Source: a virus. Taken from it: a stretch of DNA of 64,000 bases. The notes beneath the pieces were generated by a model. That model had not been told where the DNA came from. It made no database searches and saw only the letters and a program-made list of their open reading frames with translations. A program made the position numbers and the translations under genes. How positions within the stretch are numbered: position 1 is the first letter of the stretch; every line of letters starts with the position of its first letter. Below are positions 35,011 through 45,362 of this stretch, piece after piece. The stretch lies in the IMG/VR virus record IMGVR_UViG_3300043270_000050, positions 1 to 64,000 of that record. One strand, 5' to 3'.

Positions 35011-35586
35011 ATGACAGGCATGACTCGCGGACTCGCCGACCCCGAGAGGCTCATCGTACGAGGCTTTCAAGAAGGCAAAAAGTCCTGGCTCTACATCTGG
35101 CCCCCCCGCGGCCCGAAGATGAAGCTCACCCACGAGGTTTTGGAGGGGCTCGGCGACCGCCTAGTCTCCCGAGACGTTGTACTCGCGAAAATTCTTTCCG
35201 AGAGGGCGATCAAGCAGCGTGAAAAAGCACTCGCACATGCCACACGCTATATCCATCCAGAGTTTCGCGGTCGAACCTATTCAAAACTAAAAACGCGACA
35301 GACTTTTCAAAAGCTGAAATCCGGTGTGAGCTTGCCGACCCAAACAACGTTCGGTCCGCCGGTTCTTGCGGGGCTCGAAAAAGCCCTGACCTCGCAGGCC
35401 CGCAAAAAACTCCCTTCAAGCGCATTCGCCCTCGCCGGCAGGCGCTACCCCGTCCACGACTGCTCCCACGCGCGCAACGCGCTCTCCCGGGCGAGCATGT
35501 CGTATCATCGGGGGGCCCTCTCCAAGCGAGAGCGCGATATCGTCGTCCGCAAGGCGCGCGCCGCCGTGCGACGGCTCTGCCACTGA
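35011..35586 (+). CDS. hypothetical basic protein (191 aa)
   Basis: Coherent ORF. The antisense ORF 35210-35800 looks spurious. Confidence 0.5.
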   Translation: MTGMTRGLADPERLIVRGFQEGKKSWLYIWPPRGPKMKLTHEVLEGLGDRLVSRDVVLAKILSERAIKQREKALAHATRYIHPEFRGRTYSKLKTRQTFQKLKSGVSLPTQTTFGPPVLAGLEKALTSQARKKLPSSAFALAGRRYPVHDCSHARNALSRASMSYHRGALSKRERDIVVRKARAAVRRLCH

Positions 35587-35599
35587 AGGGACGACCAGC

Positions 35600-36337
35600 A
35601 TGCGACGACCTCTTGGAACCGGGATTCCATTTCAGCTCACCGGGAACGGCACCCCCGACATCGTCTTCGACATGAACACGCAGCCCGCGGCCCTGCAGGA
35701 CCGCTTTGTGTTCCTCACGCTGTTCGCAATCGTCCCGAACGGGGATACGACAGGGGACGTCATCATCGAGCAGGTCGGCGCCAGCACGATCATGCTCCAA
35801 ACCGCCGCCGTCACCGGCCTTCTCACGCGCCTTGCCTCCGAACAGGCCTCCCCCAAGGTGCTCGACCGCTTCCCCGTTCGCGGAGACTCCTTGGTGCAGG
35901 TCACCGCCTCCGCCGCCCCCGGCGATCAGGTCGTCTACATGTGCGGCTACATCGAAGTCGAAGGGGAGAGCGAGCCCTCAAAAGGCCTGCGAGGCCTTCA
36001 AGCGAGCAACACGCTCGTCACCCCCTTCACCTACACGCCAGTGGACCTCGAGGAGGTTCAACCGTCCACCCCCGTCCACCTGTTTTCAAACGGGTTCACC
36101 GACGAGATCACGATGTTCGTCCGCGTCTCAGGGCTCGCCTCCCCGCATGTGGTCGTCAACGATGGCGTCAACTCCCTCGACATGAACCTGGCCGCGCTCG
36201 GCGGCGACGAAAACATCCCGATCAAGCTCTTCGACGGTATCCCCATGCAGGCACAAGCCGCGGGAGGCTCCATCTCGGGGTACACGACCGCGGTCATCGA
36301 TACCCTCGTCGCGTGGGGCTACTTCAACCGGAGGTGA
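35600..36337 (+). CDS. beta-rich putative structural protein (245 aa)
   Basis: Coherent ORF with a Thr/Val/Gly-rich beta-type composition. Confidence 0.55.
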   Translation: MRRPLGTGIPFQLTGNGTPDIVFDMNTQPAALQDRFVFLTLFAIVPNGDTTGDVIIEQVGASTIMLQTAAVTGLLTRLASEQASPKVLDRFPVRGDSLVQVTASAAPGDQVVYMCGYIEVEGESEPSKGLRGLQASNTLVTPFTYTPVDLEEVQPSTPVHLFSNGFTDEITMFVRVSGLASPHVVVNDGVNSLDMNLAALGGDENIPIKLFDGIPMQAQAAGGSISGYTTAVIDTLVAWGYFNRR

Positions 36338-36341
36338 TGGA

Positions 36342-36617
36342 ATGGCGAACGCTTTCTACGCGGCCTTCGGGGCCTGCAAGCGCAAGGGGTACACCTCTTC
36401 GTACTGCTATCGAGAGGCGAAAAAGTCCCTCGAGGGGCCGTGCTGTGACGACTGCGCTCCAAAGAGGAAGCGCAAGAAAAAGCGCACCTTCAAGCGTCGC
36501 GCCGGCATGGCACGCAAGGGCTGGGTGTGCCGCAAACAGACGAAGGTGTGGTCGCCCGCGCTCGGGAAAAAGGTCTTGCGCTGCACCAGTGGCTATCGGT
36601 CGAAGCGCGCTCGCTGA
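36342..36617 (+). CDS. small highly basic Cys-containing protein (91 aa), family member 6
   Basis: GACKRKG, GPCCDDCAPKRKRKKKR, KGWVCRKQTK, KKVLRCTSGYRSKRAR. Confidence 0.55.
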   Translation: MANAFYAAFGACKRKGYTSSYCYREAKKSLEGPCCDDCAPKRKRKKKRTFKRRAGMARKGWVCRKQTKVWSPALGKKVLRCTSGYRSKRAR

Positions 36618-36634
36618 TGGTGTAGGGTGGCCGG

Positions 36635-37087
36635 ATGAACGTCCGCCCGCATCATTGGTCGGTCGTCGTCGTTGTCCCGCGCGCCGCGCAGTACGCGGTG
36701 ATCGCGCGCGGGTTCAACACGCGCGACATCAACTTCCCCGGGGGGTACAAAGATCCGGAGGATGCGACGCCCGCCGACACCGCCGCGCGCGAGCTCTACG
36801 AAGAGACGGGGCTCATGACGACCGCCGAGTTTTTGAAGCTCATCGATACCTGGAAGGGCGCCCAGAACGAGCCCGTCTATGCCTACCTCGCGACGGGCTA
36901 TCGAGGCCGGATGCGCTCGAGCGGGGAGGGAAAACCCTTTTGGACCGCGAACATCTCGAGCCTCGTCAAGCGCACGAGCACCTTCCGCCAAGACAATGCG
37001 CGCCTCTTGCGCAAGCTGCTCGAGCTCGGCCGCGCAGAGCTCGACCTCAACGATGGGCATCTTCAACTACGGCCTCGAGTAGGCTAG
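36635..37087 (+). CDS. Nudix hydrolase
   Basis: Nudix box GGYKDPEDATPADTAARELYEETGL (GX5EX7REUXEEXGU). Confidence 0.85.
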   Translation: MNVRPHHWSVVVVVPRAAQYAVIARGFNTRDINFPGGYKDPEDATPADTAARELYEETGLMTTAEFLKLIDTWKGAQNEPVYAYLATGYRGRMRSSGEGKPFWTANISSLVKRTSTFRQDNARLLRKLLELGRAELDLNDGHLQLRPRVG

Positions 37088-37350
37088 CGCTTCTCGAAGC
37101 GGGCTTTGGCGAGCGCGAAGGCATGCTCGCGCGTGAGCCCCTCTCCCCGTGCAACGATGTCCGCCCGTTGAATGAGCAACACGCGCCAGCCCGTGTGCAC
37201 AGGCTGTCCTGTCGAAACATCGAATCGAAAGCACGGCTCAGGATAAACGCCGACTCGAGCATCTATCGAGAACTTCTGTTCGTTCTCCAAGAGCTTCGTT
37301 TCAACCCCGATCCCACAGGTTCGTGACCGTGGACATCGGCAGTATCTCAC
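37084..37350 (-). CDS. hypothetical protein (up to 88 aa, start uncertain)
   Basis: Convergent with the Nudix gene. Overlaps the next ORF by 50 nt, so the true start is probably internal. Confidence 0.35.
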   Translation of the reverse strand: MRYCRCPRSRTCGIGVETKLLENEQKFSIDARVGVYPEPCFRFDVSTGQPVHTGWRVLLIQRADIVARGEGLTREHAFALAKARFEKR

Positions 37351-37567
37351 GCTTCAGATCGTCCTCGGAAGGCGTCGAAGGTTTTTCCTCGGGCAGCTTG
37401 ACCTTGCGACGCTTGCCCGACCCAAAACAACGACAGGGGGCCTGATCGACACCCGGGACAGGTTCGAACAGCCCTCCACATCGCTCACAACGGTCCGGTA
37501 TCACCCGCACGACGGGTACCAGAAGATCCGTTGGATAGCAACGTGGATACGCTAAGGTGGCGGCCAC
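37301..37567 (-). CDS. hypothetical zinc-ribbon protein (88 aa)
   Basis: CERCGG...CRCFG. Confidence 0.4.
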   Translation of the reverse strand: MAATLAYPRCYPTDLLVPVVRVIPDRCERCGGLFEPVPGVDQAPCRCFGSGKRRKVKLPEEKPSTPSEDDLKREILPMSTVTNLWDRG

Positions 37568-37602
37568 AACCCTGATATGCTCACGAGGGGAAAGGGCGCA
37601 CC

Positions 37603-40600
37603 TTGGGCCAGCTATTCTTCATTCCGGAGTTGTCCGTAGGCGCCGGAGGAGACGTCGTCGGTCCCGCGTCGGCGACCGACAACGCGGTCGCGCGTTTCGA
37701 CGGGATCACCGGCAAACTCATCCAAAACAGCGTGATGATTGTTGACGACGCGGGCAACACCACGACGCCCGGCACCGTCAATGGTCGAAACATCGCGGTC
37801 GACGGTGCAAAGCTCGACACGATCGAAACAGGCGCGGACGTCACCGACTTTGCAAACGTCTCCGCAGCTCTCGGAGGAGCCGCCGGCGCGAACATCGGTT
37901 GGATTTTCAAGAGCGACGGGCTCGGCAGCGGCACGATGCAGCCGAACACCTCGTCTATCGCGCGCTCCATCACGGTCGGTCTATCCGGGGACGTCGACTA
38001 TACCTCAGTTGCGACAGCAGTTGCCGCTGCGATTTTAGGGGGTGCGAGCGCCGCAACACCGTGGCAAGTCTTGGTCTACCCCGGAACGTACATCGAATCC
38101 CCTTTCACCTTGCCACCGGGAGTTATCGTCACCTCCGTTAATGGCGAGGGTGAAAATATCGTTATCCTCGCCGCTGCCAACCCCCTCGTCGACTTCGTCA
38201 CCCACACCGGTGGAGCACTCATCGGCGCGACGATCCTCGGCGTCACCGACCCCACGGCAGCGCTGATCCGCATGGCGACCCCTGGCGTGCCGGGGGTGCT
38301 CATTAAGGTGAACATCGGCACTTGCTCCAACGGCCTCATTGTCGAGAGCGGAGCCATGGGTGTCGCGATCCGCTGCACCACGGCGGTCGTCGCCCCTGCG
38401 ACAGGAATAGGCACCGCATTTGCCGTCACGGACGCAGGATCACAGCTCCTTTTGCAGCAATTGGCCGCAACAGTCCCAACCGCGGTTTTGCCCGCCTACC
38501 CTGGCGTCAATCCTATCGAGACGACCATCAGCGTCATGAGCGGAGCGCTAGCTCAAATCCTCACAAGTTCAATCATCGTCGCCGCCAACACCGCAACCCA
38601 GGCGGGGGTGTACGTCGACGACTCTGCCTTCGCCGATCTGCAATCCACCACGTTCGCCGACAACGCCACAGCGGTACGCATCGGTACCGTTGGGACGTCC
38701 TCTGTCTCCCTTCTAGCTTGCGCGTTTTCGAACAATACGATCAACCTCGAATCACTAAGCGCGGTCGGCGAATTTCGCGGATATCTATCGGTAGACGACC
38801 AAAAGTTCTCGCTCGTCGCCGGAACGACCTTCTCCGGGTCGGTGCTGAACGCTGCGACAGACCACTTCGACGCCTTCGCGCTCACGGGCGTCTATCCTGC
38901 CACGTTCGCAGAGCTCGACATCTTGGATTGGTTCTTCCGGTTCTCGAGCTCCGCATCGTGGGACGGCGGAACGCTCTCGGATGGCGGCGGGCTGAATGTC
39001 GACATCGCCGCCGGCACCGGAATCATCAAGCGCACCTCGGACAGCGACACCTACTCAGTCTCGTGGCTTGGCGCGACGATCCTCCTGCCCGCGTCCGTGA
39101 CGCGCTTCATCTCGTACAACTCGACAACGGACACCCTTGTCGCGACCGCAGGGGCCCCCTCGAACGCGGACATCTTGCTCGGGGTTGTCGTCACCGGCGC
39201 CGCCGCAATTCGGTACATCCACAATACGAACTGGACGAGCTCGAGCCTTGCCAAAAAGATCCGAGACTACTTCTATACGACGCGCCGCGTCATCGCGATC
39301 TCGGGCCTCGCCGGACAAGTCGGATCGGGTCCTACGAAAATCACGGTCAACGCCGGGTCGTACTATCTCTCCTTCGAAATCATCTCGTACGCAGGGGCCG
39401 CCGACGCAATCTTCAATGCCTTCTACGGCACGGACGGCGTCAACGAATTAAGCGCACAGACCGACGTCAACACAACCGACTACGACAACGCGGGCGTATT
39501 GACCGCGATGACCGCGGGCTATTTCCGGTCGGACACGCTCTATCTGACAAGCGACGGCCGCCTCTCCCTCCTCTTCGGGACCGCTGAATTTGCAACTCAG
39601 CTCGCAGCGGAAGGCGAGCTTCCCGCTCTGCCAACCTCCTTTCTCGAGCAGAGCGCAATCGCCATCGCGTCATTGATTGTCGAAGAGGGGGCTGGCATCG
39701 TCTCGGTCCTCGACCGCAGACCCTTCGGCGAGCCGGCGGGCGGCTCGACCGGCGGCGGAGGGGTGAGCGACCACGGCGCTCTCACAGGCCTCGCGGACGA
39801 CGACCACCTTCAATATCTTCTCGTCGACGGCGCGCGCGCGATGAGTGGCTCCCTCGACATGGGGGCGCAAAACATCACGAACGTTGGGCTTGTCGATGGC
39901 GTCGACGTACCCGCCCACGCTGCCCGCCATCTCCCCGGCGGGGCTGACGCGCTCACCACAGGGGCCCCCTCGAACCTGCTTGTGGGGGGCGGCAACGTCA
40001 CGGGCGTCGCGGCCTCGTTTGCTCGGGCTGATCACCTACACGGCATCACACGCGGGACGCCGGTCACCATCGGGACCGCGAACGCTGCGGGCGTCTCCTC
40101 TGACTTCGCGGGAGCCGACCACGTCCACGCCCATGGAAATCTAGCCGGCGGGAGTTTGCACGACCTCGTTATCGCTTCGGGCGCTGCCGGTTTCATGAGC
40201 GGCGCGGACAAGGCGAAGCTCGATGGACTTCCTTCAATCGCCCCCTCAGCGATTCTCTTGTGGGGGTCCAATACTATCACCCGCTCAACAACGACACGCT
40301 ATCTTTTCCCTTCCTACGCAAATGACACTGCGTTCACCACTCCCGTTCAATGGAGAAGCCCGCGCGCGGGTACGCTCCAAAACATGCGAGTTAGACACAA
40401 CACTACTGCAGGAAATGGCAACACCATCGTCTATACCGTGCGTGTAAACAATGTGGCGAGCGCCCTCACCGTATCTCTCGCCAGCACCGCCTCGGACGGC
40501 TCCGATCTGGTCAACACTGTCGCGATCGCCGCGGGAGATTTGCTCGACATACAGGTCACAAAAGCGCTCGATATCGCGTCAAGCCCCAACGACATCATGG

Positions 40601-40620
40601 TTTCCCTGGAGTGCGCCTGA
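37603..40620 (+). CDS. tail spike/fibre-type protein with probable beta-helix domain (1005 aa, TTG start)
   Basis: GAGGGGAAAGGG before the TTG. N-terminal GP.SATDNAVARFDGITGK motif, GFMSGADKAKLDG motif, and DDDHLQY, ADHLHG, ADHVHAHG motifs typical of phage fibre proteins. The 130-330 region has pectate-lyase-like periodicity. Confidence 0.65.
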   Translation: MGQLFFIPELSVGAGGDVVGPASATDNAVARFDGITGKLIQNSVMIVDDAGNTTTPGTVNGRNIAVDGAKLDTIETGADVTDFANVSAALGGAAGANIGWIFKSDGLGSGTMQPNTSSIARSITVGLSGDVDYTSVATAVAAAILGGASAATPWQVLVYPGTYIESPFTLPPGVIVTSVNGEGENIVILAAANPLVDFVTHTGGALIGATILGVTDPTAALIRMATPGVPGVLIKVNIGTCSNGLIVESGAMGVAIRCTTAVVAPATGIGTAFAVTDAGSQLLLQQLAATVPTAVLPAYPGVNPIETTISVMSGALAQILTSSIIVAANTATQAGVYVDDSAFADLQSTTFADNATAVRIGTVGTSSVSLLACAFSNNTINLESLSAVGEFRGYLSVDDQKFSLVAGTTFSGSVLNAATDHFDAFALTGVYPATFAELDILDWFFRFSSSASWDGGTLSDGGGLNVDIAAGTGIIKRTSDSDTYSVSWLGATILLPASVTRFISYNSTTDTLVATAGAPSNADILLGVVVTGAAAIRYIHNTNWTSSSLAKKIRDYFYTTRRVIAISGLAGQVGSGPTKITVNAGSYYLSFEIISYAGAADAIFNAFYGTDGVNELSAQTDVNTTDYDNAGVLTAMTAGYFRSDTLYLTSDGRLSLLFGTAEFATQLAAEGELPALPTSFLEQSAIAIASLIVEEGAGIVSVLDRRPFGEPAGGSTGGGGVSDHGALTGLADDDHLQYLLVDGARAMSGSLDMGAQNITNVGLVDGVDVPAHAARHLPGGADALTTGAPSNLLVGGGNVTGVAASFARADHLHGITRGTPVTIGTANAAGVSSDFAGADHVHAHGNLAGGSLHDLVIASGAAGFMSGADKAKLDGLPSIAPSAILLWGSNTITRSTTTRYLFPSYANDTAFTTPVQWRSPRAGTLQNMRVRHNTTAGNGNTIVYTVRVNNVASALTVSLASTASDGSDLVNTVAIAAGDLLDIQVTKALDIASSPNDIMVSLECA

Positions 40621-41684
40621 TGCCAGTCCTTCGATTTCAAAAACAAGCTTCGATCACCACGGAGCAACTGACAAAGCTGCTTCCAGCAGGCACGTTCAAC
40701 TCTATCTCCGTCCCCTCTCCGGGGGAGTTTTTAGACATTGACGTCACCGCAGGTGGCACAACGGATTGCGAAGATGTTCTACTCGAGCAAGGGTACTCGC
40801 TTTTTGCCGTAAACCCTGTGCCCCCCTTACAAGAAACAGCAGCAGCCGCGGTGCCGCCCGTAACCTCTATCCGCGAGAGCGGAGGCGCGGATTTATCGAT
40901 AGGTGCTATCTCAAGCGGACAGCTGGTTTTCCGCAGCGGAACGTCCGTTCTCGGTGAGACGGCCATTGACGACACCCAACACGGCACAAGAAGTGGAGGA
41001 ACCCTTCACGCGCTCGTCGTCGCGGCGGGCACCGCCGGGTTTATAAGCGGCTCCGACAAGTCAAAACTTGACGGTATCGCGATAGGCGCAACAAACACCC
41101 CCCTTGCGTCAACCGCCCCGGAAGACGTCACAAAAACCGCGGCGGTCGTGGGTGTTGGAACAACAGCAGCACGCGCCGATCACAAACACGACATCTCGAC
41201 AGGGGTGCCCGTTGCCGTCGGCTCGGCGAACGCTGAAGGCAGCGCAATCTCTCTATCCCGAAGCGACCATGTCCACGCACCTCGCTCGGGTTCGGTGATC
41301 CAACGAGTTTTCTATGAGCAGACGACAGATACATCGACCGCCTCTACGACGTTCGTCACGTTTGTATCTCAAAGTATCACAACATCTGCAAATAGTCGTC
41401 TCCTCATCCATTTCGACTTTTCAGGGAGAAACACGAACAACAACCCCGAGATCCGCTTTCGAATCTCGATTGACAGCACACCAATTCGAGCGACAGCCCA
41501 ATCTCTTCGCGCGACGGAGAGCAGCTCAGGGGCGCTCACGGTTTTCCCCTCTACCGCCTTTTCTGCAGGCGCGCACACCGTGCTTGTCGAGTGGTCTACT
41601 TCCGCCAACACCGCCTCCATCAACCCCGTGACGCGCTCTAGCACCGACCACGCATCTCTCCTCATCGAAGAAATCTCTGCATAG
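40620..41684 (+). CDS. fibre-type protein (354 aa)
   Basis: ATG shares 1 nt with the upstream TGA. GFISGSDKSKLDGI, ARADHKHD and SRSDHVHA motifs are shared with the 1005-aa protein. Confidence 0.6.
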   Translation: MPVLRFQKQASITTEQLTKLLPAGTFNSISVPSPGEFLDIDVTAGGTTDCEDVLLEQGYSLFAVNPVPPLQETAAAAVPPVTSIRESGGADLSIGAISSGQLVFRSGTSVLGETAIDDTQHGTRSGGTLHALVVAAGTAGFISGSDKSKLDGIAIGATNTPLASTAPEDVTKTAAVVGVGTTAARADHKHDISTGVPVAVGSANAEGSAISLSRSDHVHAPRSGSVIQRVFYEQTTDTSTASTTFVTFVSQSITTSANSRLLIHFDFSGRNTNNNPEIRFRISIDSTPIRATAQSLRATESSSGALTVFPSTAFSAGAHTVLVEWSTSANTASINPVTRSSTDHASLLIEEISA

Positions 41685-41694
41685 GAGAAAATCT

Positions 41695-42639
41695 ATGGCG
41701 ACCTACACCTACGACCTCTCCGATTTTCCAAACGGGAAGTTTTCTTCGTCGCTCTATCCGGAGATCCTCGCGAGCACGATTGTCCCCGCATTCACGGGCC
41801 CCTCGAGCTCCGGAACGACAGTGAGCCTGGTCTTCAAGGCAGACCTCTCGGGCGCAGAACAGACGCTTCTCGATGCAATCGTCGCGGCCCATCAAGGTGT
41901 CGAGCCAGAAGATCCCGCGCGACTCGTCCGCTTGAGGGGCCCCGAAGATCCCGATCACAAGCCCATCGTCACCATCTCCCCTGCGACCATCGGCTTGAAG
42001 ACGTGGCTCACCGGCGCAGGAGACGGAGAGGCCGCAGCCAACCGAGCACTCGGAGAGAAAATTCAGCTAAAGTTCACGGATACCGACACGGCCTTCGTCG
42101 ACTTCAACTTCAACGAATGCGTCGAGGTGCACGACGGACAGCTCAACTGGGGGCCTGACGGGGCTTGGAGCTGTGACGACCGCTTCTCACTCTCCGTGAA
42201 CATCCCTGCGACGACTGTGAGCGTGACACCTGGCACAGGGAACGTCAACGAAATCGCGCTCGGAGGGGGGCTCGTCGCCTACGTTCCCGCCGCAGGGGAC
42301 GGCCTCCACACCCTCGAAACCGCAGCGCCAATCGTTATTCCCGACGACCACCCTCTTGCGTCCGCAAGGTATTGGAATGTCGATACCATCTCAGGTGCAG
42401 TGACGTCCCTCGCGGAGCCAACCGGAAACTGCGTCCTTCTGAACGCGCCGCAAGAAGCCTTCTTCGTTACGAACATCGGGATGGGAAACCGCTTTGGTCT
42501 ATTCGACGTCGACGTGTATCGAACCGATTGGATTCACAAGACTTGGTCTATCCGCCTGTACGTCGAGAAGGTCACTGCAGGGGCGGGCTGGGTCGACGGC
42601 TGGATGCTCGTCTTTAGGCCTTCTAACACGCGAACATGA
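41695..42639 (+). CDS. hypothetical structural protein (314 aa)
   Basis: AGGAGAAAATCT-ATG. Lies within the fibre module. Confidence 0.55.
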   Translation: MATYTYDLSDFPNGKFSSSLYPEILASTIVPAFTGPSSSGTTVSLVFKADLSGAEQTLLDAIVAAHQGVEPEDPARLVRLRGPEDPDHKPIVTISPATIGLKTWLTGAGDGEAAANRALGEKIQLKFTDTDTAFVDFNFNECVEVHDGQLNWGPDGAWSCDDRFSLSVNIPATTVSVTPGTGNVNEIALGGGLVAYVPAAGDGLHTLETAAPIVIPDDHPLASARYWNVDTISGAVTSLAEPTGNCVLLNAPQEAFFVTNIGMGNRFGLFDVDVYRTDWIHKTWSIRLYVEKVTAGAGWVDGWMLVFRPSNTRT

Positions 42640-43178
42640 ACTATCAAGACGCGCGAGGGAGGGTGATGTCGGGGGATGTCCTTCTATTTGAAGGGACGTC
42701 CCTTCTCGCGCGCCTGACGCGCCTCGTCACGAGGTCTCGCTACTCGCACGCCGGCATCGCTATTTGGTGGATGAACCGTCTATTCGTCTTACACGCAACG
42801 GAGTGGCATGGCGTGCAGCTCACCCCCGTGTCGAAGACATCCGACTTCGGGAGCATCGCGTGGTTTCGCGCCAAGCGGCACGTCGATCTGCGCCATGTCG
42901 TCTCACATGCCGCTGATCTTCTCGGGGAGCGCTACAGCTTTGGAGGGTACCTAAAAATAGGGCTTTCCTTGCTCCTCGGGAGGCAGCGAGGCGGACCCGA
43001 GGAGCGCACGCGCGGATTGTTTTGCTCGCAGTTCGTTGCTGAATCCTATCGACGGGCAGGGCAAGATCTTGTCCCAGGGTCCCCCGATCACTTGACGACA
43101 CCGCATGACCTCGCGAGCTCCCCGCACCTCTATTTCGTGTCCACCGTCTCCACGGAGAGTAAAAAATGGGACAGCTAG
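42636..43178 (+). CDS. permuted papain-fold (YiiX/C92-like) cysteine peptidase/amidase
   Basis: SGDVLLFEG...RYSHAGIAIW (His first) and later LFCSQFVAESY (Cys) fit the permuted order. ATGA overlap with the upstream gene. Confidence 0.5.
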   Translation: MNYQDARGRVMSGDVLLFEGTSLLARLTRLVTRSRYSHAGIAIWWMNRLFVLHATEWHGVQLTPVSKTSDFGSIAWFRAKRHVDLRHVVSHAADLLGERYSFGGYLKIGLSLLLGRQRGGPEERTRGLFCSQFVAESYRRAGQDLVPGSPDHLTTPHDLASSPHLYFVSTVSTESKKWDS

Positions 43179-43459
43179 TTTTCGTACCGAACGCGGGCGG
43201 AGGAGGTGGCGGGGGCACCGTGCAAGCCTTCCGCCAACCTTTTGTCGACGCCGATCTCGCAGGAGGAGTGCTGACCGTCGTGCACCTTCTCGGCGTTCGG
43301 TACAACGCCATCTTCGTCTACGACAACAATGAAGTCGAAATAGACCCAGACTCCATCACGGATGTCGATGCGTCGACCGTAGACATAGACCTTTCAAGCT
43401 TTCAGGTTCTCGGCGGCGGCACGATTGCCGGCACCTGGAACGTGGTCGTCATCGGCTAA
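43166..43459 (+). CDS. 97-aa protein made of a fibre N-terminal tag (MGQLVFVP), a Gly run and the shared ~80-aa C-terminal module
   Basis: The C-terminal module aligns with the C-termini of 44341-45354 and 45363-46208 (..LSSFQ..GGT..GTWNVV..). Confidence 0.55.
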   Translation: MGQLVFVPNAGGGGGGGTVQAFRQPFVDADLAGGVLTVVHLLGVRYNAIFVYDNNEVEIDPDSITDVDASTVDIDLSSFQVLGGGTIAGTWNVVVIG

Positions 43460-43469
43460 GGGGGGAACG

Positions 43470-44339
43470 GTGGGGGACTATGGAAAAGTCAGGTCCGTCG
43501 AGGACCTGCGCATCATCAACGCGAGCGGCGAGGTGACCATCGAGCCCGACGCCGCGACCGCAAACTACTCGCTCACCCTGCCGCCCGCGCTCGGGCCGGA
43601 CGGGAGCGTCTTCGTGAGCGACGCCTCGGGCGCCCTCGTGTTGCGCCAGCTCACCGAAGACGACATCCTCCCTGGCTTCACAATCACGAGCTTCACGAAA
43701 ACCGCGCCCAACGGAGGTCAGACGACATACCGCCGGGGCGACACGCTCGTCGGCACCGCAATCGCCGCCACCTACGGCAACGGGCCTCCCGATTCGGCAA
43801 CGCTCAGCAACTCTTTTGGGGGGTCGAACAGTGGCTCCGATGTGCTCCCCGCCGCAGGAACGCCCGGGGGCTGGACGTTCATTGCCCCCTTCGCGGCGGG
43901 CACTCAAACAAGCAATGCTCAGCGTTTGGGTACCGACGCAGGTGCAGATCCGACGTGGACGATTCAACTTTCTGCGCTGAAGGGTGCGGTCAATCCGACC
44001 TCGAACATCACCATCACGTGGACGCGTGATGTCTACTGGGGCGTGAGCCTCAACGCCGGACCCCTTGTCGAGGCCGACATCGAGGCTCTTGCGAACAGCG
44101 TGCTATCGGGAACGAAAAATAGAACGTTCATCCTCGCCCCCGTTGCAGAGTACGTCTACTACGCATATCCGGACAGCTACGGTGCCGCGACCTTCACGGT
44201 CGACGGCTTCCCCGGGGATTTTCAAGCCCCCTACAACGTGATGGTCACCAACGTAAACGGCATCACGTCCACCTATCGAGTCTACCGGAGCACGAATCTG
44301 CTCACGGGAACCCCAAACATTACCTTCGTGGTGACGTGA
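43470..44339 (+). CDS. hypothetical structural protein (289 aa, GTG start inferred)
   Basis: AAGGGGGG before GTG 43470. The track start at 43425 would overlap the upstream gene. Confidence 0.5.
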   Translation: MGDYGKVRSVEDLRIINASGEVTIEPDAATANYSLTLPPALGPDGSVFVSDASGALVLRQLTEDDILPGFTITSFTKTAPNGGQTTYRRGDTLVGTAIAATYGNGPPDSATLSNSFGGSNSGSDVLPAAGTPGGWTFIAPFAAGTQTSNAQRLGTDAGADPTWTIQLSALKGAVNPTSNITITWTRDVYWGVSLNAGPLVEADIEALANSVLSGTKNRTFILAPVAEYVYYAYPDSYGAATFTVDGFPGDFQAPYNVMVTNVNGITSTYRVYRSTNLLTGTPNITFVVT

Positions 44340-44340
44340 C

Positions 44341-45354
44341 ATGGCCATTGGTCTAACAGGCAACATCGTTCCCTTCGGCGCGTTCTACATCCTCGAGGAC
44401 ATCTATCTTCAAGGGGGCTATCAGACGGTTGCCGACAACACCGAGCGTGACGCCATCCCCGCCGGCTCTCGCAAGGCGGGCATGCTCGTCTGGTCCGAAG
44501 GAGCGGGGACACTCTATCAACTTGGACCTGGTCTAACGAACGGCGACTGGGCGGTGTTCGGCGCGTCGGCAATCTCTTCGCCGACACCCGGCAACGACGT
44601 ATCTGCTGTCACGGCGAACAACGGCGCCGGTGACGCGGGGGATGTGCTCCTCGAGCCGGGCGACTCCACCGCGGGCGCGGGCGGCAGCATCCTTGCAACC
44701 GGCGGCGACGGCACGACCGCCGGCGGCGACATCACGAACACCGGCGGCGATGCATCCGCGGGCAACGGCGGCTCCGTCACGAACCAAGGCGGAGTCGGCT
44801 CGGTCGACGGGGGTGACGTCAACCTCATCGGGGGCGAAGGCACGACCGGCGACGGGGGTGACATCAACCTCACCCCTGGGGCGGGAGGCACAAACCAAGG
44901 AGTCATCAACATTTCCCCGCCGGCAGGCGGAACGGCCCCCGAGCTCCGGTTTTTCGAAGACCTACCTGGAACAGACTACGTCGGGCTCAAAGCCCCTGCA
45001 GTTGTAACAACGACTTGGACCTTCACCCTGCCGCCCGCCCCTCCTGCGGCAAACGGCTACGTTCTTTCGTCGACCACCGCCGGCATCACGACCTGGGTAG
45101 CACCCGGCGGAGGCTCGAGCTCGTTTCGCACGTCTTTCACGAACGCAAGCCTCGTCGGCGGAGTGCTCTCGGTAAACCACGCCCTCGCCGAACAGTTCAA
45201 CCAGGTGACGGTTTACAACAATCTAAACCTGAAAGTCATGCCAGACAGCGTCGAGGCGGTAGACGCAAACAACGCGGACATCACGCTCTCGAGCTTTCAA
45301 GCAGCGAACGGCGGGACACTCCCCGGAACTTGGAACGTGGTCATCACGCCGTGA
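44341..45354 (+). CDS. glycine-rich fibre paralog 1 (337 aa)
   Basis: GG-rich beta-solenoid-like repeats, the TAPELRFFED...YVGLKAP...LPPAPPAANGYVL...W module, and the shared C-terminal module. Confidence 0.65.
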   Translation: MAIGLTGNIVPFGAFYILEDIYLQGGYQTVADNTERDAIPAGSRKAGMLVWSEGAGTLYQLGPGLTNGDWAVFGASAISSPTPGNDVSAVTANNGAGDAGDVLLEPGDSTAGAGGSILATGGDGTTAGGDITNTGGDASAGNGGSVTNQGGVGSVDGGDVNLIGGEGTTGDGGDINLTPGAGGTNQGVINISPPAGGTAPELRFFEDLPGTDYVGLKAPAVVTTTWTFTLPPAPPAANGYVLSSTTAGITTWVAPGGGSSSFRTSFTNASLVGGVLSVNHALAEQFNQVTVYNNLNLKVMPDSVEAVDANNADITLSSFQAANGGTLPGTWNVVITP

Positions 45355-45362
45355 GGTGAGAC

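Noticed and set aside
35941-37326. 461-aa plus-strand ORF spanning several genes
   Set aside because: Extremely Arg/Pro-rich. It crosses the well-supported Nudix and basic-protein genes out of frame, so it is a compositional artefact.
38322-39587. 421-aa alternative-frame ORF inside the 1005-aa spike gene
   Set aside because: Arg/His-rich nonsense composition. The spike frame carries recognisable fibre motifs.
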